From Saprospira grandis str. Lewin (GTDB taxonomy: Bacteria > Bacteroidota > Bacteroidia > Chitinophagales > Saprospiraceae), in the NCBI RefSeq assembly GCF_000250635.1, contig NC_016940.1, positions 1,416,995 through 1,480,994 of the forward strand: 64,000 bases of DNA, written 5' to 3'. The first letter of the stretch is position 1, and each line of letters begins with the position of its first letter. A program made the translations under genes and the position numbers. Below, piece by piece: positions 1-9,208 of this stretch. The notes under the pieces are model-generated. The model was not told where the DNA came from, did no database searches, and saw only the letters and a list, made by a program, of their open reading frames with translations.

Positions 1-1377
1 TTTCATGATATCAGTTTTGCCCAAAGAGTTTTCACTAGAAGAGAAAAAAGCGTACTCCCCAGAAGCAGGCAAAGAGTAATAGGCATCAAAATCAGGCGTA
101 TTGAGCTTGGGGCCCAGGTTGAGGGGCTCCGACCAATTGGTCCAGCTATCGTCCAAACGACGGCTCATAAACATATCGGCCTGCCCATAGCCTGGCCGAC
201 CAGAAGTGGCAAAATAAAGGGTTTTGCCATCGGCCGCCAAATAGGGAGACAGCTCAGAAGCAGCGGTATTCAGGACCTCTCCCGTATGCAAGGGGGCAGT
301 CCAGCTGCCATCTTCCTCTCTAAAAGAAACATAAATATCCTTGGCCCCCTCCGTGTCATCTCGCTCAATGGCCAAGACCAGGGTTTTGCCATCATTGGCC
401 AAACTATACTCGCCAAACTTATTGTGGTTGTAGTAGTCTTCAATTTCTAAGGCCTCGGGAAAAGACCAGCGGTCGGCCCCATCCTTATGCGAAAAAGAAA
501 GCCCCTTCTCCGAGCCCCCATCTTTTTTATAAACATTGAGGACCAAAAGGGTTTGGCCATCGGGCGTGACCGAACAGATGGAGTTATTGCGCTCATTATT
601 GATGGGCGCACCAATATTTTCGGCAGGCAAAAACTGCCCATCTTCGCCCAGTTTTGCGCACCAAACATCCTGATTCCCTTTGTCGCCTAGATTATCGGGA
701 TGGTTCTGGCGGGTATAATAAAGCAATTGGCCATCGGGAGAAATCAAGGGGGCCAATTCATCGGTTGGGCTATTTATATTTGCCCCAAGATTGACCGGAT
801 CATCGACCTCATCGGCTCCAGCCACAGTTTGCACCTCTACCTGATAGTCAACCTCCTCTTCAGAAATTCCAATGGCATCGATCTGATTATAGCCGTACAC
901 CATACGAGTATTGAGTTGGAGCTGAATAGCAGAGACCAGAAAATCCGTCTGTTCTTCCAATACAAATTTGGTCAATTTACCCTTGCGATCTTTATTTTCT
1001 TTGCTCAATTCGGGCGTTTGCTCAAAAATCAAGCGGACCTCTCCCTTGCTGCCATAGGCCACAATTTTTTCAATCGCACCAGGGTTAAAGGCCTCAGAAA
1101 CCGTGATCTGCTTTACCTTTTGAGGCGTTTTATAGCCCACTTTAATAAACTCGCCATCTCCATTAGATTTTGACTTGGGCGTCCAAGCACAAGGTGTTCC
1201 TTTACAGTTTTCTGCAATGACAGAAGGTGGGCCCACTACTTCCTTGGCCACATACTGCCCCTTATGTTTGGGCAAGGCCAGTTCAGAAGATTTGTCGAAA
1301 ACCACAGCCGCCCATTGTATAGATTGGGCCGCCAGGAGCTGAGGGATAATACAACTGAGGATGATTAAATAACGCAT
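1..1377 (-). CDS. TolB-like PD40 beta-propeller repeat protein, probably OmpA-family outer-membrane protein; partial, 3' end lies beyond the window start
   Basis: Minus-strand ATG at 1377 (MRYLIILSCIIPQLLAAQ signal peptide), then an open frame to position 1. Repeated PD40-like units (DG..LYF.S.R.GG.G..DI). Not in the ORF track because no stop falls inside the window. Confidence 0.6.
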   Translation of the reverse strand, partial: MRYLIILSCIIPQLLAAQSIQWAAVVFDKSSELALPKHKGQYVAKEVVGPPSVIAENCKGTPCAWTPKSKSNGDGEFIKVGYKTPQKVKQITVSEAFNPGAIEKIVAYGSKGEVRLIFEQTPELSKENKDRKGKLTKFVLEEQTDFLVSAIQLQLNTRMVYGYNQIDAIGISEEEVDYQVEVQTVAGADEVDDPVNLGANINSPTDELAPLISPDGQLLYYTRQNHPDNLGDKGNQDVWCAKLGEDGQFLPAENIGAPINNERNNSICSVTPDGQTLLVLNVYKKDGGSEKGLSFSHKDGADRWSFPEALEIEDYYNHNKFGEYSLANDGKTLVLAIERDDTEGAKDIYVSFREEDGSWTAPLHTGEVLNTAASELSPYLAADGKTLYFATSGRPGYGQADMFMSRRLDDSWTNWSEPLNLGPKLNTPDFDAYYSLPASGEYAFFSSSENSLGKTDIMK

Positions 1378-1476
1378 AAAATATTATAGATTTTGTGGAG
1401 AATTTGTTCGAAGATATAAACGCTATACAGAGTTCTATGCAATTTATACCCCAGAAAGCCAAAAGTTAGTTCCCTA

Positions 1477-1511
1477 ACAAAAAAAGGCCCAACCTATTCA
1501 TAGGCTGGGCC
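1477..1511 (-). terminator. rho-independent terminator downstream of htrA
   Basis: Minus-strand reading gives GGCCCAGCCTATGAATAGGTTGGGCC followed by TTTTTTTGTT. Confidence 0.5.
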
Positions 1512-1534
1512 AGTTGTGACAGCTTAAAACTAAG

Positions 1535-2992
1535 CTATTTATTAAACAAATAGCTATAATCGCCACTAAAATTCTCATAAAAACCATCTAGCTTCACTTC
1601 ATCCTCGGCCTGAATAATGGCCTGAATAAATTCCTCTTCGGTTTTTACTTTTTCTCCATTTACGGTCTCAATGATGAAGTCGCGGTCCATATTGGTACTT
1701 TCCATTAGGCTGCCCGAACGGATTTTAGTCACAATCAAGCCCTTCTCCAGATCCAAGCGGCGACGCTCTTTGCTATTGAGGGGGCGAATATCAATACCCA
1801 ACTCTTCCAATACGGTTTCTTCATTTCTGAAGCGCTCCGAACGAGGCTTGTCCTCGATGCTATTGCCATTAGAGGCATTCTTGAGCTCTACCTTTGTTTC
1901 ATAAGATTTTCCATCTCGGAAGTAAATGATGGCCACCTCTTGCCCAGGTCGGAAAAGCCCCACCTGCTCTTGCAGTTCTGGCGAGCTCTTCACCTTTACA
2001 TTATTTACATGCGTAATAATATCGCCTGACTTTAAGCCGCCTTCTTCGGCTGCACTGCCCGAATTTACTCGGTCCAAATATACTCCATCTAAGGAGTTGA
2101 GCGACATTTCTTTGGCCAATTCATTGCTCACATCTCGAATCGTTACGCCCAAAAATCCTCTTTGGACCTCCCCATATTCTATCAGATCTTTGGCCACTTT
2201 ACGCGCCAAATTGACCGGCACCGCAAAAGAGTAACCCTCATATCGGCCCGAACGAGTAATAATAGCGGTGTTAATCCCCACCAAACGGCCCTCTGCATCA
2301 ATCAAAGCGCCACCACTATTGCCCGGATTCACCGCCGCATCGGTCTGAATAAAAGACTCAATAGAGTAAGTTCCCTCCAAAATATCAATGTTACGGCCCT
2401 TAGCCGACACAATCCCCGCCGTTACCGTAGAGGTCAAATTAAAGGGATTACCCACGGCCAAAACCCATTCGCCCACCTGCAGCTGATCCGAATTGGCAAA
2501 GCCCAAAACAGGCAGTTCGCGGCCATCCAACTCCTCTTCTTCTACCTTAATCACGGCCAAATCCGTAGAAGGATCGGTCCCAATCACCTTCGCCTTGTAT
2601 TTTCTGCGGTCATTCAAGGTCACCTCTACCTGCCGAGCGCCTTCCACCACATGGTTGTTCGTCAGCATATAGCCGTCCTTACTAATAATCACCCCAGAAC
2701 CCGAAGCCCCAGAACCAAAATCAAATAACTCCTCATTCCCCCCATTAGACTGAATATGCACCACCGAAGGCCGAGCCAAATTAGCCGCCGCCTTAAAATC
2801 CTTGGGCCGATCCGTTAACGGACTGCCATAAGGGCTATCATTATAATAAGTCGCTTGGTATTTAGGCACAAATTCCCGCACAATCACTTCTTGGCCGGCA
2901 GGACGTTCTTTTTCTAGACAGGTTTTATAAACCCCTAAGGTCAATCCCGAACTCAAGATCGAAACCGCCAATAGGATAATTCCATTTCTCAT
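1535..2992 (-). CDS. htrA: DegP/HtrA (Do) family periplasmic serine endopeptidase with PDZ domains
   Basis: 485 aa with signal peptide. Trypsin-like motifs TNNHVV, DLAVIKV and GNSGGAL (catalytic Ser), followed by two PDZ-like segments. Confidence 0.85.
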   Translation of the reverse strand: MRNGIILLAVSILSSGLTLGVYKTCLEKERPAGQEVIVREFVPKYQATYYNDSPYGSPLTDRPKDFKAAANLARPSVVHIQSNGGNEELFDFGSGASGSGVIISKDGYMLTNNHVVEGARQVEVTLNDRRKYKAKVIGTDPSTDLAVIKVEEEELDGRELPVLGFANSDQLQVGEWVLAVGNPFNLTSTVTAGIVSAKGRNIDILEGTYSIESFIQTDAAVNPGNSGGALIDAEGRLVGINTAIITRSGRYEGYSFAVPVNLARKVAKDLIEYGEVQRGFLGVTIRDVSNELAKEMSLNSLDGVYLDRVNSGSAAEEGGLKSGDIITHVNNVKVKSSPELQEQVGLFRPGQEVAIIYFRDGKSYETKVELKNASNGNSIEDKPRSERFRNEETVLEELGIDIRPLNSKERRRLDLEKGLIVTKIRSGSLMESTNMDRDFIIETVNGEKVKTEEEFIQAIIQAEDEVKLDGFYENFSGDYSYLFNK

Positions 2993-3127
2993 AGGCTATA
3001 TATAGATTAGATGCTGATTTAGAAGATCTGATTTTAAACTTTAAAATCCTAACTGAAGTTCATACTTTTGCAGCTTTGAGGAGAAAAACTGCCAGAAGTT
3101 TAGTGCAAAAGGTCTTTTCTGCTTTTT

Positions 3128-3280
3128 TTGGGGCCTCCCCTCGCCCTCAAGGGCTCAGGGCGCTACGTTCCGGGGCTCGCTACTCGCTCGGCCCTTCACC
3201 AGCAAGCTGGCTCGGTCTGGCCCTGCGGGCCACCCCTACACATCGCTAGGCCATGATGGCCTTCGGCCATCCTTTAAAAG
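3128..3280 (+). repeat. dispersed GC-rich intergenic repeat, family copy 1, forward orientation
   Basis: GGGGCCTCC...GCGCTACGTTCCGGGGCTCGC...GGTCTGGCC...GGCCACCCCTACACATCGCTAGGCC; shares its core with more than 17 other copies in the window. Confidence 0.75.
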
Positions 3281-3344
3281 CTGTTAAAGCCTAAACGCTA
3301 AACAACGCCCTTAGCTCTACCCAATTTAAAACGCCTATTTAGCT

Positions 3345-3626
3345 ATGAGAGAAAAACCAAACCCCTATGAGGGCATGAGCCGCAAAGAACGGCGAGAAGC
3401 AGCCTTAGACCAAGTCTTTGGCAAGAACAGAAAAGAATATATGGGCAATATTTGGGGCTGGAAGTTTACCTATTTTGGCCTTGTTTTCCTATTAGCCGTT
3501 TTTGCCTTTGCGGCCTATGGCGTTTGGACAGGTAAAATTGACCTCAAAAAACAACAGTTTGAGGCCACCCCCTCCCGACATATCCAACAAAATAGCTTGC
3601 ACCATCAAAAAGATACAGCAAACTAG
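3345..3626 (+). CDS. small hypothetical membrane protein
   Basis: 93-aa ORF with one predicted TM helix (FGLVFLLAVFAFAAYGVW). No recognisable family. Confidence 0.3.
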   Translation: MREKPNPYEGMSRKERREAALDQVFGKNRKEYMGNIWGWKFTYFGLVFLLAVFAFAAYGVWTGKIDLKKQQFEATPSRHIQQNSLHHQKDTAN

Positions 3627-3668
3627 CTAGGCCTTTCTTTTTTCATCCTTTTTTAACATTGCTTTAAA

Positions 3669-4466
3669 ATGTCAGCCATTCCTTTCTATAAATATCAAGC
3701 AGCAGGCAATGATTTTGTCATCTTTGACAACCGAAATGGGCAGTTTTCTTTTTCGGCCCAAGAAATTGCCCGCATCTGCCATCGGCAGTTTGGCATTGGG
3801 GCCGATGGCATTATGCTCTTAGAAACAGATGCTTCTACAGACTTTAAGATGGTCTATTTTAATGCCGATGGCGCCCCCAGCAGTATGTGCGGCAATGGCG
3901 GAAGAGCTTTGGTCGCTTTTGCCCATCATTTGGGCCTCTTTGAAAATAGCTGTAGCTTTATGGCCGTGGATGGCCTGCACCAGGCCAAGGTCTTAGGGCC
4001 TAATTATATTGCCCTAGAAATGCAGGATTATAAGGATTTACTCCTGGCCGATACGCACTGCTTTTTAGATACGGGCTCTCCTCACCATATTGAGTTTGTC
4101 GCCCAATCCGAAGCCGTCGATGTGGTCCAAGAAGGCCGAAAAATTCGCTATGCCGCTCCCTATGGAGAAAAAGGCGCAAATGTCAATTTTGTAGAAGTCC
4201 TCGGCCCTAAACAACTCCAAATTGCCACCTACGAAAGAGGGGTCGAAAATGAAACTTTGGCCTGTGGCACCGGCGTTACCGCCGCCGCTATTGCTCATTT
4301 TCTACAACATGGCCCAAAAGCAAAAGGCCATCATCGCATAGAGGTCCGCGCCAAAGGCGGAGAACTAGCCGTAGAGTTCGATTACCAAGAAGAAATTAAA
4401 AATATTTGGCTGTTGGGCCCCGCCCAAGCCGTTTTTCAAGGCCAGTATTTCGGCCTCCAAAAATAA
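3669..4466 (+). CDS. dapF: diaminopimelate epimerase
   Basis: 265 aa. N-terminal YQAAGNDFVIFD (GNDF signature), active-site CGNGGR, and a second catalytic Cys in ACGTGV. Confidence 0.9.
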   Translation: MSAIPFYKYQAAGNDFVIFDNRNGQFSFSAQEIARICHRQFGIGADGIMLLETDASTDFKMVYFNADGAPSSMCGNGGRALVAFAHHLGLFENSCSFMAVDGLHQAKVLGPNYIALEMQDYKDLLLADTHCFLDTGSPHHIEFVAQSEAVDVVQEGRKIRYAAPYGEKGANVNFVEVLGPKQLQIATYERGVENETLACGTGVTAAAIAHFLQHGPKAKGHHRIEVRAKGGELAVEFDYQEEIKNIWLLGPAQAVFQGQYFGLQK

Positions 4467-4475
4467 AAGTAAATC

Positions 4476-4832
4476 ATGGGAAAAGATACCAACAAAGTGG
4501 TCCAAGAAAATAATATCCAATTGACTGTCGGCCTCAATGCCGATCGCACCCCCGTCAAAATTGAATGGGAAGCCTCCGATAGCCAAAACGGCCCCGAAGA
4601 ATGCAAGGCCATGCTGATCTCGCTCTTCGATAAGGCGCATAAAGATACCCTCAAAATTGATCTCTGGACCCTCGATATGCAGGTCAATGAAATGGACCGT
4701 TTTATGTACCAAACCCTACGCGGCCTAGCCGATACTTATTATCGGGCCACCAACAACCAACAACTCAGCAACGATTTTATGCGCTTTGTCCAGTACTTTG
4801 GCGAAAAAACAGAAACCCTACCCAAAAAGTAG
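4476..4832 (+). CDS. gldC: GldC-like gliding-motility associated protein
   Basis: 118 aa. The segment IDLWTLDMQVNEMDRFMYQTLRGLADTYYRAT resembles the GldC family as recalled. Size matches. Confidence 0.5.
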   Translation: MGKDTNKVVQENNIQLTVGLNADRTPVKIEWEASDSQNGPEECKAMLISLFDKAHKDTLKIDLWTLDMQVNEMDRFMYQTLRGLADTYYRATNNQQLSNDFMRFVQYFGEKTETLPKK

Positions 4833-4851
4833 GTCCGAATGCAAAGCCAAA

Positions 4852-4885
4852 GGCCCAACTCCTTATTGGAGTTGGGCCTTTTTTA
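4852..4885. terminator. bidirectional rho-independent terminator between convergent genes
   Basis: GGCCCAACTCC-TTATT-GGAGTTGGGCC followed by TTTTTT; an A/T run on the other side too. Confidence 0.6.
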
Positions 4886-6019
4886 TTCCCGCCAATCTTC
4901 TAGCCGCCAATGTTTTGCAGGCTGCAAAAGCGGTAGTTCCCTATACATTAAGGTATTGGCCCGCCAAGAAACCTCTTGGCCCGCCCACTGCCCAAATAAG
5001 AAGAGTTGGTCACTAGTTTGGCGATAATATAAACGAGCCCAAAGGCTATCGCTCTGCAAATCGTAGAGGGCAAGGCCCTCTTTGGGCAAATAGCGCAAAC
5101 GATAGCTCTTTTGCCTCCTCCCCTGCTGCATGATCCAATAGCCCCGACGATGAATATAGAATTGTTGGCCATCTTCTAGGGCATAGGCCCCATGCAAGGG
5201 CGGCCTAGTCTCCATATCATCATTCCAATGCTGCCGATGCCGATAGGGCCAAGCAATATTCAGAAGGATCAATAGGAGGAGGGCTGTTTTGAGTACTCTT
5301 TTTTGCCCTTTGCGAAAACTAGGCCCTAAGGACTGTTTTGCCGCCAAAGCCTGCCCGCTAGACCAAGCCCAAAGCCCCTTTAATCTGGGCCAAAGAAGAT
5401 ATAAGGCCATCCATAAAAGCCCAGCCGAATATATCTTGACGTTGATGTCAAAGCTGATATTGATGAGCAAAACCTGCCCCATGACCCCAGCCGCTAATAA
5501 AGCGCCCAATGCTCGACTAGGACGATAGAATAATGCTAATGCCGCTAAGAGTTCTACTATACCGGTCCAAAAACTATAGCTCCAAGAACTGCCCATGACC
5601 GACCAAAAAGCTAAATCCTTCTCGATATAGCCCAAAGGCTGATATAAGGTATTGGGCTCTGGCAAAAAGAACTGCTGTTTGAGCAGTTTGTCTAGACCAT
5701 AACGCCCCAGTTGCATGCCTAAGTAATAGGCGATACCCAATTGTAAATAAGGCTGCAACTGCCAACTCCAGTTTTTTTTGTCCCAAACTAATAGTAAAGC
5801 CGCCCCCGCAGCCAAAACAATAAGGTGCAAATAAAAGCCTGTACTATCCGATGCTAAGACATAATAGCCCTCTTCTATCCCTAAAGCTACCCCAGAAGCC
5901 TTATAAAAGGGCTCAAATACTTCGGCCCAAAAGCTAGAGTAGGCAGGCCATAGGGGCTGTTCAATTGGAGCCGTTAGGGCAAAAAGAATTAAGTATATAG
6001 TTGTCCAACGATAAAGCAT
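4883..6019 (-). CDS. hypothetical polytopic membrane protein (DoxX/HTTM-like N-terminal region plus soluble C-terminal domain)
   Basis: The track ORF 4883..6256 is trimmed to the first ATG outside the tandem repeat (MLYRWTTIYLILF...). Several TM helices, then a hydrophilic W/R-rich C-terminal domain. Confidence 0.5.
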   Translation of the reverse strand: MLYRWTTIYLILFALTAPIEQPLWPAYSSFWAEVFEPFYKASGVALGIEEGYYVLASDSTGFYLHLIVLAAGAALLLVWDKKNWSWQLQPYLQLGIAYYLGMQLGRYGLDKLLKQQFFLPEPNTLYQPLGYIEKDLAFWSVMGSSWSYSFWTGIVELLAALALFYRPSRALGALLAAGVMGQVLLINISFDINVKIYSAGLLWMALYLLWPRLKGLWAWSSGQALAAKQSLGPSFRKGQKRVLKTALLLLILLNIAWPYRHRQHWNDDMETRPPLHGAYALEDGQQFYIHRRGYWIMQQGRRQKSYRLRYLPKEGLALYDLQSDSLWARLYYRQTSDQLFLFGQWAGQEVSWRANTLMYRELPLLQPAKHWRLEDWRE

Positions 6020-6051
6020 CTGTATTTTTTTAGCTTTTCTATCTAATCCAG

Positions 6052-6540
6052 GGAGCCAATCCGAGATGTCCGTAGACCTCCGTGGCCGCCACGGAACCAA
6101 TCTGAGATGTCCGTAGCGCTCCGTGGCCACCACGGAGCTAATCTGAGATGTCCGTAGACCTCCGTGGCCGCCACGGAGCCAATCCGAGATGTCCGTAGAC
6201 CTCCGTGGCCGCCACGGAACCAATCCGAGATGTCCGTAGACCTCCGTGGCCGCCACGGAACCAATCCGAGATGTCCGTAGACCTCCGTGGCCGCCACGGA
6301 GCTAATCCGAGATGTCCGTAAGCCTCCGTGGCCGCCACGGAACCAATCCGAGATGTCCGTAGACCTCCGTGGCGGCCACGGAACCAATCCGAGATGTCCG
6401 TAGACCTCCGTGGCGGCCACGGAACCAATCTGAGATGTCCGTAGACCTCCCGTGGTGGCCACGGAACCAATCTGAGATGTCCGTAGACCTCCGTGGTGGC
6501 CACGGAACCAATCTGAGATGTCCGTAAGCTTCCGTGGCTC
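6052..6540. repeat. tandem repeat, 41-bp unit x about 12, each unit with a hairpin
   Basis: AACCAATCCGAGATGTCCGTAGACCTCCGTGGCCGCCACGG repeated head-to-tail with point variants. CCGTGG-CCG-CCACGG forms a 6-bp stem with a 3-nt loop. No unique spacers. Confidence 0.9.
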
Positions 6541-6635
6541 ATTTTAAGCCCCTCTTTTAATTTCCCTATGGTCCCCCTAATTAAAAAATAAAAAGCGCTT
6601 AGGCCCTAAAATAAGCGATCCTTTATTTAGAAGGA

Positions 6636-6667
6636 TAAAAAAAGGCCCCAAACTGTAGTTTGGGGCC
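6636..6667 (-). terminator. rho-independent terminator (minus strand)
   Basis: Minus-strand reading gives GGCCCCAAACTACAGTTTGGGGCC followed by TTTTTTT. Confidence 0.5.
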
Positions 6668-6715
6668 TTTCTGAGCCATCAAATTATTGAGCATAAAAGC
6701 TTGAGCAAGGAATTA

Positions 6716-6895
6716 GGCCAGCCAATAACAACAACAGCGGCAAGCAGGCCCGAAGGGCCGCAGGCCTAGCGATGTGCAGCAGTGGCCGTCAGGCCAGACC
6801 CAGCCGCTGAAAGCGGCGCAGGGCCGAGCAGACTTGCGAGCTGCGGAACGTAGCGCCGACGAGCGCAGCGAGGCGGAGGCCCCCAAAAATCGCCC
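6716..6895 (-). repeat. dispersed GC-rich repeat, reverse orientation copy
   Basis: GGCCTAGCGATGTGCAGCAGTGGCC...GGCCAGACC...GGGCCGAGCAGACTTGCGAGCTGCGGAACGTAGCGCC...GGAGGCCCCCAAAAA. Confidence 0.75.
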
Positions 6896-6925
6896 TTATC
6901 CTCGGTTATTTTCTTCAGAAGTGCT

Positions 6926-8428
6926 CTAATTATTGGTTAATTGGGCAAGCGGGCTATCTTTTTCGGCAATAAAGTCAATAGCCTTGGCTAAATCTTGGGC
7001 AAACACCCGATCGCCTTCAATGGCGGGCACGACTTGGCGGAAAGCTTGGCGGCAATTTTCGATAGCGGCAGAGCTAGTTAGAGTTCTAAACTCTAGGCTT
7101 TGCATAGCCGCCATTAGTTCAATAGCCAAAAGGCGTTCTAGATTATGGACCAAGCGATAAAGTTTGGTGCCTGCATTGGCGGCCATACTCACATGGTCCT
7201 CTTGGCCATTGCAAGAGACCAGAGAATCTACAGAAGCGGGGGTACAGAGCTGTTTATTTTGGCTAGCGATAGAGGCCGCGGTATATTGGCCGATCATCAG
7301 GCCAGAGTGCAGGCCCGAATTGGGCGTAAGGAAAGCGGGCAGGCCTCTTTTTCCGCCAATGAGTTGATAAAGACGGCGTTCTGAGATACTTCCGAGTTCG
7401 GAGAGGGCCATTGCCATAAAATCGAGCGTAAGGGCCAGCGGTTGGGCGTGGAAATTTCCGCCAGAGAGAATCGCATCTGTTTCGGGGAAGATATTGGGGT
7501 TGTCGGTGACACTATTGAGCTCGGTAGTCAGTACCTTTTTGGCATATTCTAGGGCATCTTTGCTGGCCCCATGCACCTGAGGCACGCAGCGGAAAGAATA
7601 GGGATCTTGCACCACTTCTTTTTCGGCCTTCATCAGGGGAGAATCGGCCAGTAGAGTTCTAATATTTTTGGCCGTTTGCAATTGGCCATTATGGGGGCGG
7701 ATAAGATGAAGGCGCTCATCAAAGGGGCTAAGCAGACCGCCAAAGCCATCAATAGAAATAGCGGCGATGCTATCGGCCCAAAGGCTGAGCTTTTCTGCCT
7801 TCCAGTAGCTATATATTCCATAGGCCAAAGAAAACTGTGTACCATTGAGCAGGGCCAGGCCCTCCTTCATTTCGAGAGCAAGAGGCTGCCAGCCCAATTT
7901 TTCTAGGGCTTGGGTCGAGGGCATGCGTTCCCCTTTAAAATAGACCTCTCCCTCGCCCAAAATGGGAAGAGAAAGGTGGGCCAGGGGGGCTAAATCGCCA
8001 GAGGCGCCTAGGCTACCGAGTTGATAAATGACGGGAATGAGGTCTGCATTATAGCTATCAATGAGGCGTTGGAGCAAAATAGGGCGGACGCCAGAAAACC
8101 CTTGGGCCAGATTCTGTATTTTGAGTAATAGCATGAGGCGGGCCAGCTCTTGGGGCACCAAATCGCCCGTACCAAAGGCATGAGAGCGGACCAAATTATG
8201 CTGCAGTTCACTTAGGGCCTCCTTGCCAATTTTGACATCGCAAAGGGAGCCAAAGCCCGTATTGATGCCATAAAAAGAGTCTTCTGACGCTGCCACCTTC
8301 TGCTCTAGAAAATCGCGGCAAGCCTTTACTTTGGTCCAAAGGGAGTCCGTTAATTCAATTGCTGTATGTTCAGCCCAAAGCTGATGCAATGCGGCTAATG
8401 TTAGTTCTTTTTCGGTAAGCAAATGCAT
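6926..8428 (-). CDS. hutH: histidine ammonia-lyase (MIO-dependent HAL/PAL/TAL family)
   Basis: 500 aa with GINTGFG and GSLGASGDLAPLAHL (Ala-Ser-Gly MIO-forming triad). No other hut genes are adjacent, so a PAL/TAL-type role is not excluded. Confidence 0.75.
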   Translation of the reverse strand: MHLLTEKELTLAALHQLWAEHTAIELTDSLWTKVKACRDFLEQKVAASEDSFYGINTGFGSLCDVKIGKEALSELQHNLVRSHAFGTGDLVPQELARLMLLLKIQNLAQGFSGVRPILLQRLIDSYNADLIPVIYQLGSLGASGDLAPLAHLSLPILGEGEVYFKGERMPSTQALEKLGWQPLALEMKEGLALLNGTQFSLAYGIYSYWKAEKLSLWADSIAAISIDGFGGLLSPFDERLHLIRPHNGQLQTAKNIRTLLADSPLMKAEKEVVQDPYSFRCVPQVHGASKDALEYAKKVLTTELNSVTDNPNIFPETDAILSGGNFHAQPLALTLDFMAMALSELGSISERRLYQLIGGKRGLPAFLTPNSGLHSGLMIGQYTAASIASQNKQLCTPASVDSLVSCNGQEDHVSMAANAGTKLYRLVHNLERLLAIELMAAMQSLEFRTLTSSAAIENCRQAFRQVVPAIEGDRVFAQDLAKAIDFIAEKDSPLAQLTNN

Positions 8429-8530
8429 AAATTGTTAGCTGTTGAGGCCCATTTTGGGCCATAAAATCAATTATTTTCTGTTTGTCGGCGGAAAATATAC
8501 GGAAGAGAATTTATAAATAAATAAAGCGAT

Positions 8531-9208
8531 ATGAATAGCTCGAAAAATAAGGTCAAGTTTTTGGCCCGCGCCTACTTTTTTCTCCTTCCTTGGAGTCGTC
8601 CTAAGAGATTATGGGCTTTGGCGGCCCTACTGCTCTTACTATTTCTGAGTTTTCAGTACCTCATTTCTCATTGGCAGGCTGCGCTGGGGCCATTGGCCTC
8701 TGGGGAGGAGCTGCAGTTGCTAGATGCTCATTTTGGCATTCGGGAAAAAGAGATAATTCCCTTGCTAGAGCATTTGGGCCCCTCCTATCGACAAGCGCAG
8801 AGCTACTTATATATTAGTCTAGACTTGATTTATCCGCTTGCTTATGGATTATTTTTTTCGGCCTGGCTACTTTTTCTGCTCCAAAACTCATTTCCTCGTT
8901 ATTTGGGCAGTCTTTATCAGGGCTGTTTTTTCCCTTTTTTGATCTCTATCACTGATCTTTTAGAAAATATATCTTTTATATTGTTGCTTTGGCGCTATCC
9001 TCGGCTTCCCGCTTGGCTTTGGTCCTTGGCCTCCTTTTTTAATCAGGCAAAATGGATTGGAGTCAACTTGCTGCTCATCTTCCTCCTCTTAGGATACATT
9101 GCTCGTTGGATGAACCGAGTAGAAGTGGCCGAATTTAAGGCCATGCAAAAGCGCTTTGGCTCAAAGAACTACAATCATTACACTAAAAAACAAGATCAAG
9201 ATGTCTAA
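8531..9208 (+). CDS. hypothetical integral membrane protein
   Basis: 225 aa with multiple hydrophobic helices and no recognisable motif. Confidence 0.45.
   Translation: MNSSKNKVKFLARAYFFLLPWSRPKRLWALAALLLLLFLSFQYLISHWQAALGPLASGEELQLLDAHFGIREKEIIPLLEHLGPSYRQAQSYLYISLDLIYPLAYGLFFSAWLLFLLQNSFPRYLGSLYQGCFFPFLISITDLLENISFILLLWRYPRLPAWLWSLASFFNQAKWIGVNLLLIFLLLGYIARWMNRVEVAEFKAMQKRFGSKNYNHYTKKQDQDV

Noticed and set aside
447-1173. Short ORFs 447..668(-), 487..690(+), 700..1173(+)
   Set aside because: They fall inside, in other frames of, the long open minus-strand PD40/TolB-like gene (1..1377) that the track omitted because it runs off the window edge.
1671-2728. Plus-strand ORFs 1671..1904, 1926..2234, 2162..2728 antisense to htrA
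   Set aside because: Antisense shadow ORFs within a strongly supported DegP/HtrA gene; Arg/Ser-rich low-complexity translations.
6052-6540. Possible CRISPR array (regular 41-bp periodicity with palindromic core)
   Set aside because: Whole units are repeated identically with no unique spacer sequences between repeats, and there are no cas genes nearby; it is a simple tandem repeat.
6043-6542. Track ORFs 6043..6462, 6138..6542, 6302..6511 and the N-terminal extension of 4883..6256, translating the 41-bp tandem repeat
   Set aside because: All three minus frames are open only because the 41-mer lacks stop codons. The products are frame-shifted periodic repeats of the same peptide with no start context; treated as non-coding.
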